Assembly: GCA_963662545.2 (NCBI GenBank)
Contig: CAXXLL010000002.1
Location: 1,056,001 to 1,120,000, forward strand
DNA: 64,000 nt
Origin: Gammaproteobacteria bacterium
GTDB lineage: Bacteria > Pseudomonadota > Gammaproteobacteria > Ga0077536
Reading direction: 5' to 3'
The notes beneath the pieces are model-generated. The model was not told where the DNA came from. It was given only the letters and a program-made list of their open reading frames with translations, and made no database searches. The position numbers and the translations under genes are program-made. Shown one piece after another: positions 40,840 to 50,880 of this stretch. Within the stretch, counting starts at the first letter, position 1, and each line of letters starts with the position of its first letter.

Positions 40840-41630
40840 CTAGGTGGCGATTTCGGTCAGAAACTCGTCGATTGCCCGGGAGAAGCCTTGCGGATCGAGC
40901 GCCGGTTCGAAGTTCGCGCCTTTGAGTTCGACTGCCTTGGCCTGCGGGCAGGCAGCGGCGGTGTTCTTAAATCCGCAATGCAGTACGTCATCTGGCGCGG
41001 CCAGCAGCAGCATCGGACACTTCACTTTCCGATGAACAGATCGAAACGATAGTCCCAAACGCACTGGTAGACCCAGCCGCGCGCCTTCCACGCACGCAGC
41101 GATGACCAGAACTCGGTATTCATGTTTTCGATATCCAGGCTGCCGCCCAGATTGTAAATGTAGTCCCACGTGACTTTGAGGTACTCGGCATCGTGATCGG
41201 GACCAGCAGAGCCGCTGAATTGTTCGCGAAACGGTTCGACCTCCTCGGGCTTGAGCAGCGTCGGGCCGACCATCATGCAGGTCTTGACGCGCGCGGGATA
41301 CAGCGAGGCCATCTCGGCGGCCATCGCCGCCCCGGTATGATTTCCGAGCGCGTGGAAGGTGTCGATGCCCAGGGCATCGATCGCCGCCATGACGTGTCGC
41401 GTTATTTCACTGATGGAAGTGAACTCGGGTGGATCAAAGGACATGCCGAAACCTGGAAAATCGAACGCGATGCAGCGGTGCTTCTGTTGCAGGATTTCGA
41501 ATGACCTGACGTACATCACACCGCTACTGACGTTTTGGTGGAGAAAGATGATGGGGATCTGATCGTCCGGTCCGCAGTAGTAGTAATGCATTTGTCCCAG
41601 CGGGATGTCCACGTAGGCTTTCCTGATCAT
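40840..41630 (-). pseudogene. Alpha/beta hydrolase with a frameshift near 41025
   Basis: First frame FLHQNVSS..DFPGFG..GNHTG..FIGK*. Another frame continues KVKCPMLLLAAPDD..GANFEP. Confidence 0.8.
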
Positions 41631-41874
41631 TTTAATTTTTCCATTGTTGTAGGTGCGCCCGAAACGGAGTTTGATTCATACGCGCATTGCGTGCTAGCCA
41701 TAACACGCAGACGGCTAGCAAATCACGCCGTTGGCGACCGTGTACTATCCGCAAGGTGCACCCTGCCGGGTAGCGCGCGATGGAATGATGCAGAATCGGA
41801 TTTGCCCGCGCGACAAATCCAGCGACATCTCGCAGTATGGATCTGCTAACGCCGGCGCGCCGGCGGCGGGGACC

Positions 41875-43260
41875 TCAGGTTCCGAGCCTTCGCAGGGCCG
41901 GTCGCGTCATGAATTGGGAGACGAAGTCATCCTCCGGGTCGAGCACCGACTTCCAGTCGCCTCGGCATTTCAGAGCGTGATGAAAACGCGTGACGCTGTT
42001 CGTCTGCACATCGTGGCTAATCGCCCAACCCCAACTCCATTCCGGCCGCCCGTCGGTGGTCAGCATTTCATGGGTGTCGGTCTTGCGCTGACCGCCGCCT
42101 CCTTCAAATCCCTTCCAGGCTTCGCCGTGGCGATCGTAGGTAATCGCCTGCACCGTGCCCATGTTGCGCGCATCCATGAAGAGGCGGCGCTTGCTGACCG
42201 GCGCGTTGGGATAACCGATCGGTTCGCCTTCGAAAACGATGACCTCGGGGATCAGCGACTTGCCCACGTAGTAGTAGCTCTGGTCCTGCTTGCCCCCGAC
42301 TAGCGGCGGTTCCCAGTTATCGTTATCCGGCAGCCACTGGAAGTGGGTCGAAGCCAGGAAGGGTCCGCGGTGGATGATCTTGAAATTGCCCCAGGTCAAC
42401 ATGGGATCGCCCGACGCCCAGGCGTCCGATAGGTACAGGTTCATGCCCGGCATATAGGGTTCGAAACGCTGGTTGGCGGGGAAACGGCGCACCCGTTTGA
42501 ATTGCGGCAGGTAACCGAACAATTCAGGGATCCTCCGCTGGTCGTAGCTCCAGATGCTCAAAAACGCCGAGCCCTTGACGTCGATGGTATGCGTGAACAA
42601 GATGGTCTGCAGGCGCGTCTTGTCTTCGTGCCCGGACAGGTAGGGTCCCCCCGCACTGGGATGAACGAGGCCGGTGCACTGCTGCTCGACCCACACGAAA
42701 TCGTATTCGTAGCCTACTTCGCCTTCCGGTCTTACCACGAGTGCTGGAATCGCGAACAAGGATTTGTCATGGCGACCCCAACTCAAGGTGATGTTGGCGA
42801 TCGCCTCGTTGCCGGTCTGGCAGTCGGGGAAGGGCAGGCCGCCGATCCAGGGCTTGCCGTCGGTGGTATAGACGTTGCCAATATCGTCGAAAGTCGCCAG
42901 GCCCTGGTTCCTGATCGTGGCGTCGAGGAAGTAGGGCGGGTACATGGTTTCGATTTCTTTCGGCGACGGCTGAATAAAGAACTTGCGGCCGTCCTGTTTG
43001 ACTTCCTGGTATAGGATCGGGTCGACCAGGTCTTGCACGAGGTCGATTGAGTCGGCGTCCATGACGTCGCCGACCTTGACCTGGCCCTTGGTGAAGGCTT
43101 CGATATCGTGGAGTTCGTCGGGGTAAACCTTTTCGATCGAGCCTGAGCGGCATACTTCGGGCCACAGTGCGCTCAGGACGCCGGCGCTCCCTAGCCCCAT
43201 CGCCGTTTTTTCCATGAAAAGGCGGCGGCTGTAATCGAAATCGAATTTTCGGATGTGCAT
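41875..43260 (-). CDS. DUF1329-like Tat-exported protein, paralog 1
   Basis: SRRLFMEK Tat motif, WIGGLPFP, YLPQFKRVRRF, SKRRLFMDAR, YDRHGEAWK. Confidence 0.85.
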   Translation of the reverse strand: MHIRKFDFDYSRRLFMEKTAMGLGSAGVLSALWPEVCRSGSIEKVYPDELHDIEAFTKGQVKVGDVMDADSIDLVQDLVDPILYQEVKQDGRKFFIQPSPKEIETMYPPYFLDATIRNQGLATFDDIGNVYTTDGKPWIGGLPFPDCQTGNEAIANITLSWGRHDKSLFAIPALVVRPEGEVGYEYDFVWVEQQCTGLVHPSAGGPYLSGHEDKTRLQTILFTHTIDVKGSAFLSIWSYDQRRIPELFGYLPQFKRVRRFPANQRFEPYMPGMNLYLSDAWASGDPMLTWGNFKIIHRGPFLASTHFQWLPDNDNWEPPLVGGKQDQSYYYVGKSLIPEVIVFEGEPIGYPNAPVSKRRLFMDARNMGTVQAITYDRHGEAWKGFEGGGGQRKTDTHEMLTTDGRPEWSWGWAISHDVQTNSVTRFHHALKCRGDWKSVLDPEDDFVSQFMTRPALRRLGT

Positions 43261-43553
43261 AGCGATCGTTTACCGTGAAGTTAATGTGAAGGCCGTCCGC
43301 GTCACGTTTTGCGGCGGCCAGCAGGCATAGGCTAAGTGTAACGGATATTTCGACCGTGGCCAGAAACCCTCGGCGCAGGTCCGCATGACCGCAGTCTGAA
43401 AGGCCTGGAGCAGGAAATACGACCCACGAGCGGTGCAGACGTCTTGCACCCGCGTACCGAAAAGGACCGCATGTTCCCGGTCACGGTCATCTGCCATCTT
43501 GGAGCGCAGACCGAAACAATGTCAGACTTCAAAGCACCTCGAGAGTGAAGACC

Positions 43554-44315
43554 ATGACCAGAGAAAGCGACACCCTGATCGAAGAACGTCTAGGCCACGT
43601 GCTCGTGCTGACCATGAACCGGCCGGCGCGCCACCACGCCTTGAACCAGGCGCTCGCACGACGGCTGGTGGAAGCCGTCGACCGCGCCGAATCCGAATCC
43701 GAGGTTCGCGTCGTCGTTGTGACCGGCAGCGGCTCGAAGGCGTTCTGTGCCGGTCAGGACATGCTGGAACTGAGCAGCGTTGAAGCCGGGGCGGGCGATC
43801 TTGATTCTGTGTCGGCTAATATCGCGATCAATCGGTTCGCGATCACCCCGCTGCCGGTCATCGCCGCTATCAATGGGTATTGTTTCGGCGGCGGTGCGAC
43901 GCTGGCCATCGCCTGCGATATCCGTCTTGCTTGTACTTCCGCGACGTTTCGCCTGCCGGGCGCCGAATACGGTCTCGTGGTTGGAGCCGCTACCCTGCCG
44001 CGCCTAGTCGGTGCCTCGAAAGCCAAGGAACTCATCTTAACCGCGCGGAAATTCGGCGCCGAGGAAGCCCGTGAATGCGGACTCGTAAGTTCGCTGCACA
44101 AGCCGGATGCGCTGATGTCTGCCGCCATGGACCTGGCCGAAGCCATCGCCGCCAATTCCGTCGCGGCCGTACGCCAGTCGAAACGGGTGATCGATGCGGC
44201 CACTTTGTCCGCGGAAGCAGCGGCCATGGAATCCAACGCGAACCGGCACCTGCGCGGTACGCCCGAGCAGACGGAGCGCTTTCGCTCTGCGACACGCAAG
44301 GTCACCGGACGGTGA
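43554..44315 (+). CDS. Enoyl-CoA hydratase/isomerase family protein
   Basis: MNRPARHHAL, AFCAGQD, IAAINGYCFGGG. Confidence 0.9.
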   Translation: MTRESDTLIEERLGHVLVLTMNRPARHHALNQALARRLVEAVDRAESESEVRVVVVTGSGSKAFCAGQDMLELSSVEAGAGDLDSVSANIAINRFAITPLPVIAAINGYCFGGGATLAIACDIRLACTSATFRLPGAEYGLVVGAATLPRLVGASKAKELILTARKFGAEEARECGLVSSLHKPDALMSAAMDLAEAIAANSVAAVRQSKRVIDAATLSAEAAAMESNANRHLRGTPEQTERFRSATRKVTGR

Positions 44316-44413
44316 CCTCAGCTTAGAGCGATCGACAGGAAGCGGCCTCAACGCCTTGCGATCCGCGGTCTGCCTTGGTCAACGCAGGCTATTCGTTCAC
44401 TTGAGCCCCGGGT

Positions 44414-45256
44414 TCAAGCCCTTGGATCAAACGGCAACTCGGCGACAGCCTGTTCCATCCGCTTGAGATGTCCCTTGGCATCGAGGCCGCCGCCGAGCGT
44501 ACGCAGGCACAGATGACTCAAACCTAAGCGATGCCAAACGCTCACGCGATCCTGCCATTCGGCCTCGCGCGGCCCGACCACCGCGACGCCTGCTTCTATG
44601 CCGATGTCTGCGGGCCGCCGGCCGGCGTCTCGCGCTTCACGGTGGACGTCGTCTCGCAAAGCCGGAAATTCCTCCGGCGCACACAGGTTGAACCAGCCGT
44701 CGGCGAGTCGACCAATGCGGCGGCGGATGCGTTCGACGGGATTGCTGCTGGAGCCGATCCACAGCGGGATCGGCCGCTGTACCGGGAGCGGATCAAGGCC
44801 CGCTCCGGAAATCGTGTGAAAAACTCCTTCAAAATCGACACGTGGCTCGGTCCACAGGCGCTTGAGAAGTTTCATCTGTTCCTCGCAACGCGCGCCGCGC
44901 GTATGAAAATCTACGCCCATGGCTTCATATTCAAACTTGCTGTTACCGACCCCGATACCCAGCCGCAGGCGCCCGCCTGACAGAACGTCGAGCGCGGCCG
45001 CCTGCTTGGCAACGAGCACCGTCTGCCGGCACGGCAGGATGATCACCGAGGGCACGAGTTCAATGGAATCGGTGATCGCTGCGACGTAGGCCAGCAAGGT
45101 CATCGCTTCGTGTAGATAACCGCTGTCCGGGCGCAAAACCTGGTCCGGGATCCGCAAGTGTGTCAGGCCCAATCCCTCGGCGGCTTGCGCGAACGCCTTG
45201 ATCGCACCCAGATCCCCTTGCAGCTCCCGCACGGGCAGCGAGATGCCGATTTTCAC
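44414..45256 (-). CDS. LLM-class, F420-dependent-type oxidoreductase
   Basis: RQTVLVAKQAAALDVLSGGRLRLGIGVG, PLPVQRPIPLWIG. Confidence 0.9.
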   Translation of the reverse strand: MKIGISLPVRELQGDLGAIKAFAQAAEGLGLTHLRIPDQVLRPDSGYLHEAMTLLAYVAAITDSIELVPSVIILPCRQTVLVAKQAAALDVLSGGRLRLGIGVGNSKFEYEAMGVDFHTRGARCEEQMKLLKRLWTEPRVDFEGVFHTISGAGLDPLPVQRPIPLWIGSSSNPVERIRRRIGRLADGWFNLCAPEEFPALRDDVHREARDAGRRPADIGIEAGVAVVGPREAEWQDRVSVWHRLGLSHLCLRTLGGGLDAKGHLKRMEQAVAELPFDPRA

Positions 45257-45507
45257 TGATCGACTCCTTGGTTTCGTTTATTGCCGTAGTCGTTTAGGGA
45301 AGACCGAGCTCATTCTATCGGGCGGTTCATGCACGGCATAGATTTCTATTCGCCCGCATGCGCACGAACAGGGTCCGCCGTTGCATTCAGCAAAGCGCTT
45401 ATGATTAAAAGGGTTGGCGACGCGGATATCTCGTGCATGCGCAAGAGACCGGAATCGGTTCTAATTGAGATCGATTCAAAGTCGATTTAATGAGGGGAGC
45501 CCCGCCG

Positions 45508-46032
45508 ATGACCCAACCGCTTTTCACCGTTCGGCAACTGGCCTACGTCGTTCGAGATCTCGATGCCGCGCTCAAATACTGGGTGGACGTATTGAAAGTC
45601 GGGCCGTTCTTTCTCTTCGATCATTGTCCGCTGGAAAATCAACGCTATCGCGGCAAGCCGTCAAACGTCGACGTGAGCCTGGCGCTCGGCAATAGCGGCG
45701 CCCTGCAGATCGAGCTCATTTTTCAACACAACGATGAGCCGTCAGTGTACAAGGAGTTTCTCGATGCCGGCCGGATCGGTGCCCATCACTTCGGCCTGAT
45801 GCCCCCGGATTACCCCGCGTCTTGCGAACGTTACAAAGCGCTCGGACACGAAGCAGCGTTCGAATGTACGGTGGGCGGCGCGGAGTTGACTTATTTCGAT
45901 ACGGTTGATGCCATCGGACATTTCACCGAGTTGTGGGATAACGTCGAGCTGTTCAAGGATCTGTTCATGATGGTCGAGGATGCGGCGAAAGACTGGGACG
46001 GCAAGGACCCGGTCAGACCCGGGCCCCTTTGA
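45508..46032 (+). CDS. VOC / glyoxalase family protein
   Basis: QLAYVVRDLDAAL, QIELIFQH, GAHHFG. Confidence 0.88.
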   Translation: MTQPLFTVRQLAYVVRDLDAALKYWVDVLKVGPFFLFDHCPLENQRYRGKPSNVDVSLALGNSGALQIELIFQHNDEPSVYKEFLDAGRIGAHHFGLMPPDYPASCERYKALGHEAAFECTVGGAELTYFDTVDAIGHFTELWDNVELFKDLFMMVEDAAKDWDGKDPVRPGPL

Positions 46033-46132
46033 TGCGACATCTTGGGACCGGAAATCTGTGACTGGGTAGATCGTTTCCGGGCGGCTAAATGGTACTCTGG
46101 GCGCACCGCCGGAGGATTGTGGACCGTTTGAT

Positions 46133-46468
46133 ATGACCGACATCACCCGCACTGCCGAATTTCGGATCGGCCAGGTCGTCCGTCACCGCCTGTTTCCGTT
46201 TCGCGGCGTCATTTTCGATGTCGATCCCATCTTCAACAACACCGAGGAATGGTGGTTGTCGATACCCGAGGAAATGCGGCCGCGCAAAGATCAGCCCTAT
46301 TACCATCTCTTTGCGGAAAACGACGAAACGACGTACCTCGCGTACGTTTCCGAACAGAACCTGCTGACCGACGACAGCGGTGAACCCGTCGGGCATCCGG
46401 AAATAACAGAATACTTTGGCGAGTTGATCGACGGCTTCTACCAGGCGAAGAGCAACATGGGTCATTGA
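46133..46468 (+). CDS. hspQ: Heat shock protein HspQ (YccV-like)
   Basis: FRIGQVVRHRLFPFRGVIFDVDP, QPYYHL, AYVSEQNL. Confidence 0.92.
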   Translation: MTDITRTAEFRIGQVVRHRLFPFRGVIFDVDPIFNNTEEWWLSIPEEMRPRKDQPYYHLFAENDETTYLAYVSEQNLLTDDSGEPVGHPEITEYFGELIDGFYQAKSNMGH

Positions 46469-46487
46469 GCGCGGGCGTTCCGGCCGG

Positions 46488-47873
46488 CTACGTCCCGAGT
46501 CGTAGCAGCGCCTGTTTCGTCATGTAGAGGACCAGGAGGTCTTCGTCCGGGTCGAGCGCGGTCTTCCAGCCGCCGCGGCATTTTTCCGCCTGATGGATCC
46601 GCGTCACGACGTTGGTCTGGATGTCGTGGCTGATCAACCAATTAAAACTCCAGTCGAGCCGCCCGTCAGTGGTGAGGATTTCATGACCGTCGGCCCGACG
46701 TTGGCCGGCACCGGTCTCGAATCCCTTCCATGGTTCCCCGTGTCGGTCGTAGGTGATCGCCTGAATGACACCCATGTTGCGGGCGTCGACAAAAACGCGC
46801 CGCTTGCTGACCGGCGCGTTGGGGTAGCTCACCGGCTCGCCTTCGAAAATGATGACCTCGGGGATCAGTGACTTGCCCACGTAGAAGTAGCTCAGGTCCT
46901 GCTTGCCGCCGATTAGCGGGTGCGCCCAGTTATCGTTATTGGGCAGCCACTGGAAATGGGTCGAACCCAGGAAGGGGCCGCGGTGAATGATCTTGAAATT
47001 GCCCCAGGTCAACATGGGATCGCCCGACGCCCAGGCGTCCGACAGGTACAGGTTCATGCCCGGCATATAGGGTTCGAAACGCTGGTTGGCGGGGAAACGG
47101 CGCACCCGTTTCATCTGCGGCAGGTAACCGTATAACTCGGGCACCTTTCGTTGGTCATAGCTCCAGATGCTCAAGAAGGCGGAGGCCTTGACGTCGTTTG
47201 TGTGCGTGAACCAGATCGTCTGCAGGCGCGTCTTGTCTTCGTACCCGGACAGGTAGGGTCCCCCCGCACTGGGATGAACGAGGCCGGTGCACTGCTGTTC
47301 GGCCCACACGAAATCATATTCGTAGGTAACTTCGCCATCCGATCCAATGACGAGGGCCGGGAAAGCATACAAGGCCCCATCGTGGCGTCCCCAGCTCAGG
47401 GTGATGTTGGCAATCGCCTCGTTGCCGGTCCGGCAGTCGGGAAAGGGCAGGCCGCCGATCCAGGGCTTGCCTTCGCTGGTGTAGACGTTACCGATATCGT
47501 CGAAGGTCGCCAGGCCCTGGTTCCTGATCGTGGCGTCGAGGAAGTACGGCGGGTATAGGGTGTCGATTTCTTTCGGCGACGGCTGGATAAAGAACTTGCG
47601 GCCGTCCTGCTTCACTTCCTGGTAGAGGATCGGGTCGACCAGGTCCTGTATGAGGTCGATGGAGTCGGCGTCGATGACGTCGCCGACCTTGACCTGGCCC
47701 TTGGTGAAGGCTTCGATATCGTGGAGTTCGTCGGGGTAGACCTTCTCGAGCGAGCCCGAGCGGCATACTTCGGGCCACAGTGCGCTCAGGACGCCGGCGC
47801 CCCCCAGCCCCATCGCGGTTTTTTCCATGAAAAGCCGGCGGCTGTAATCGAAATCGTATTTTCGGATGTGCAT
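46488..47873 (-). CDS. DUF1329-like Tat-exported protein, paralog 2
   Basis: Same length (461 aa) as 41875-43260 and closely similar to it. Confidence 0.85.
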   Translation of the reverse strand: MHIRKYDFDYSRRLFMEKTAMGLGGAGVLSALWPEVCRSGSLEKVYPDELHDIEAFTKGQVKVGDVIDADSIDLIQDLVDPILYQEVKQDGRKFFIQPSPKEIDTLYPPYFLDATIRNQGLATFDDIGNVYTSEGKPWIGGLPFPDCRTGNEAIANITLSWGRHDGALYAFPALVIGSDGEVTYEYDFVWAEQQCTGLVHPSAGGPYLSGYEDKTRLQTIWFTHTNDVKASAFLSIWSYDQRKVPELYGYLPQMKRVRRFPANQRFEPYMPGMNLYLSDAWASGDPMLTWGNFKIIHRGPFLGSTHFQWLPNNDNWAHPLIGGKQDLSYFYVGKSLIPEVIIFEGEPVSYPNAPVSKRRVFVDARNMGVIQAITYDRHGEPWKGFETGAGQRRADGHEILTTDGRLDWSFNWLISHDIQTNVVTRIHQAEKCRGGWKTALDPDEDLLVLYMTKQALLRLGT

Positions 47874-47967
47874 AAAGACGAGTGCTGTGCAGTTTGTAGT
47901 ATGTTCCCCTCAGCGCTGTATTGGGTTGGCGCACAAGCGTGAGAATGAACCTGCCTCCAGCGTTTGC

Positions 47968-48753
47968 TTAAATCATCGTATAGCCACCGTCCACCGTCCA
48001 CGCCTGTCCGGTGACGAAACTGGACTCGTCTGACGCCAGGTATACCGCGAGGCTCGCGACTTCTTCGGGCTTGATCCAGCGCTGGTTCAAGGGGATCGAT
48101 CCTTTGAAATTCTTCTCGACGATGTCCCGCGTCAGTCCGAGAATCTCCGCGTGCCGGTCGAGAAAGCTGTCGGCAAGATCCGTTTCGACGATCCAGGGAC
48201 AGATTGCATTCGCCCGGATGTTGTAAGGCGCCATTTCCAGACCCAGACAGCGCGTCATGCCGACCACGGCGTGTTTCGATGTGTTGTAGGCGCTTTGATT
48301 GCGCGAACCCCATTTACCAGCCGTCGAGGCGATGTTCACGACCACGCCGCTGTTGCGCGCCGTCATCCGGCGCAGCACGAACTGGGTGACGTGGAGCACA
48401 CCGTAGACGTTCACCTCGATGACGTTTCTGAAATCCTCAAACGTGTAATCGACGAAAGGCGCGGCTTTGTGGATGCCGGCGTTGTTGACCAGGATATCGA
48501 TCGGGTTCGCCGCGTCGGCTTGATTCACCATCGCTTCGACGGCATCGCGGTCGACCACGTCGCAGGCGAAGCTCGACACCTCGGCGCCGTATGCGGCACG
48601 GATTTCATCGGCGGTTCGATCGAGACGTTCGCGGTCGCGCGCGTTCAATACGATGCGGGCGCCTTCCGCGGCGTAGGCTTCGGCGACGGCGCGGCCGATG
48701 CCGCGGCTGCCGCCGGTGATGAGAGCGGTTTTGTTCTTGAGTCGGTCTGCCAT
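47968..48753 (-). CDS. SDR family oxidoreductase
   Basis: TGGSRGIG, VNNAG, YNTSK. Confidence 0.93.
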   Translation of the reverse strand: MADRLKNKTALITGGSRGIGRAVAEAYAAEGARIVLNARDRERLDRTADEIRAAYGAEVSSFACDVVDRDAVEAMVNQADAANPIDILVNNAGIHKAAPFVDYTFEDFRNVIEVNVYGVLHVTQFVLRRMTARNSGVVVNIASTAGKWGSRNQSAYNTSKHAVVGMTRCLGLEMAPYNIRANAICPWIVETDLADSFLDRHAEILGLTRDIVEKNFKGSIPLNQRWIKPEEVASLAVYLASDESSFVTGQAWTVDGGYTMI

Positions 48754-48856
48754 AATTTTGAGATAGGCTCTACTGAGTACCGGGCAGCATGACGGCGAAC
48801 ATTCGAATCGCCGTGGGCGCCCGCGATGAGGCCGGGCCGAATCGAGACCTTGTCTC

Positions 48857-49480
48857 TTAAGTGACGGCTACGCTTGATTCTTCCTGCCGCGCTTTCGCGG
48901 CGATCGCGCGATAACGGGCAACATCCTCCGGCCGTGCCGGCACGTTATCCCAGTGATCGCCCTTCTCGACAGAAAACGGCCGCTGCCAGGCGGCGAACTC
49001 GAGCATGATCCCGTCGGGATCGAGAAAATAAACCGAACTGACCCAGACGCCGTCCTCCACCGCCAGGGCTGTCTGTCCGGGCGAATTGTCGTGATGCATC
49101 ATCTCGCTGACGGTGATGCCTGCATCGATCAGTTTCTGTCGATACGCTTCGATCTTGTCCGGCGCGACGTCGAAGGCAAAGTGGTTCATCGAGCCGTGCG
49201 AAGAGATCCACGCCGTCGGGTCTTGGTGAAATTCCGCCGGGTCGACCAGCTGCCTGGGATTCGACACCCCGGGGCGCCGATCTTCGGCTTCGGCGAACCA
49301 GAAAAACGCAATGCACTGTCGCCCACCCGTGTCGAAGAAGAAGTGCTGCCCCAAGCCGCCCGGCAGATCGATGGTCTTCACCAGTTCGAAGCCGAGAATG
49401 TTCGTGTAGAAATCGACCGTGCGCTGCATGTCGCGGCAGACGAGCGCGACGTGATTAAGGCCGTTAATTTCGAATTTCAT
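48857..49480 (-). CDS. VOC / glyoxalase family protein
   Basis: GLNHVALVCRDM, MNHFAF, SVYFLDPDGIMLEFA. Confidence 0.9.
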   Translation of the reverse strand: MKFEINGLNHVALVCRDMQRTVDFYTNILGFELVKTIDLPGGLGQHFFFDTGGRQCIAFFWFAEAEDRRPGVSNPRQLVDPAEFHQDPTAWISSHGSMNHFAFDVAPDKIEAYRQKLIDAGITVSEMMHHDNSPGQTALAVEDGVWVSSVYFLDPDGIMLEFAAWQRPFSVEKGDHWDNVPARPEDVARYRAIAAKARQEESSVAVT

Positions 49481-49613
49481 GTTAGGTGCCTCCTAATCGA
49501 TTGATCGATACGTTCACCCCTTGTCCCCATGGTTGCGTGACCGGCGGTTTAAAACAAGCTCGGCAGGTCGCTCATCGAGAACGGTGACCGGCGTACGCGA
49601 ATTCGCGCGGCTC

Positions 49614-50576
49614 CTAATTCCCGTCAATTTCGCCCAGGAAGCGCAGGATCTGGGCGGTCGTTTCGGTGGGTTTTTCCTCCTGGAGCCAGTGACCGGCGCC
49701 CTCGATGATTTCGACGAACCGCAGGTCGTCGAAGTCTTTCGGAAACGTCTCGCGCCAATCGGGATCGTAGAGCAGGACGTCGTCTTCCGCGCCCGCGACG
49801 AAGGCCGCGGGTTGTTTAAAACGCGCGCCCTCTAGTTCGGGTGTTATCTCGCTGTTGGCCGGGATGTTCCGGTAGTAGTTGCATGGTCCGCGAAAACCGC
49901 TCTCGCGATAGGTCTCGAGGTAATAATCGAAATCTTCCTGAGTCAGCCAGCCCGGCAGCTTGCCGGGCTCGGGCAGCACCTCGAGCAGGCCGCTCCCGCG
50001 CGGATGCTCCATCTGCCCGATCCAGCTTCCAGGCGGTGAATCGGCGGACAGGCCGTAGTAAAGAACGCGAAGGCTGCGTGCCAGGTCTTTTTCGAGCTCG
50101 GCCTCGACCACGCCCGGTTCCATGAAATACCGCCAGTACCAGAACTTGTCTTCCATCCCGGGCGGATCAACCCCATCGGGCGACAATCTCCAGAACGGCA
50201 CGCCCAGACCCATCACGGCCCGGCAAGATGATTCATGCAAAAGGGCCATATGCCAGGCGACGACGCATCCCCAATCGTGGCCGACGACGATGAATTCGTC
50301 GTAACCGAGTACCGGCGCGATGCCCGCCGCATCGGCCGCGAGGTCGCGGATGTTGTAGTCACTGACGTCCGGCGGCTTGCTGCTGCCGCCGTATCCGCGC
50401 TGGTCGGGCACGGCGAGGCGATACCCGGCGGCGACGATGGGATCGATCTGATGCCGCCACATGTACCAGCACTGCGGCCAACCGTGCAGCAGAATGACCA
50501 GCGGGCCGTCGCCTTCGACGACCGTGCGTAGGCGGACGCCGTTCGTCTCGATCATCTGGAAATTGCGATCGATCAT
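49614..50576 (-). CDS. Epoxide hydrolase (alpha/beta fold)
   Basis: LHGWPQ, PDQRGYG, GHDWG (Asp nucleophile), NYYRN, GAGHWLQEE. Confidence 0.92.
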   Translation of the reverse strand: MIDRNFQMIETNGVRLRTVVEGDGPLVILLHGWPQCWYMWRHQIDPIVAAGYRLAVPDQRGYGGSSKPPDVSDYNIRDLAADAAGIAPVLGYDEFIVVGHDWGCVVAWHMALLHESSCRAVMGLGVPFWRLSPDGVDPPGMEDKFWYWRYFMEPGVVEAELEKDLARSLRVLYYGLSADSPPGSWIGQMEHPRGSGLLEVLPEPGKLPGWLTQEDFDYYLETYRESGFRGPCNYYRNIPANSEITPELEGARFKQPAAFVAGAEDDVLLYDPDWRETFPKDFDDLRFVEIIEGAGHWLQEEKPTETTAQILRFLGEIDGN

Positions 50577-50678
50577 CGTGTTGAGCCCTTGGTGACACTT
50601 CGCTCGTGCGCTTTGGATATCGAATGTAGCGGGGGAACGGCGTCATTCCAAGGCTTGTAGTCTATTTTAGTGGCTTAA

Positions 50679-50840
50679 GGAATCTCTGAGTAAGTCATGG
50701 CACACGTGCCTTGCGCCTGAAATCGTGCAGCTCGGCGTTACGAAGCTTGCCAATAGTCCCCGCTATTGCCTGCGATTCGTGCCTTGATCTGCACGATTTC
50801 ATGCACCATTCACATGCACCATGACTTATTCAGAGGTTCC
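50679..50840. mobile_element. 162-bp MITE, family A, copy 3
   Basis: GGAATCTCTGAGTAAGTCATGG ... CCATGACTTATTCAGAGGTTCC, preceded by TTAA. Confidence 0.85.
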
Positions 50841-50880
50841 CCAATTTGCAATCGACGGCGCGAGTGGTTGAACTGGCGGC

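Noticed and set aside
43270-43532. Short Cys-containing ORFs upstream of DUF1329 paralog 1
   Set aside because: No RBS or motif, not present upstream of paralog 2, and probably a divergent promoter region.
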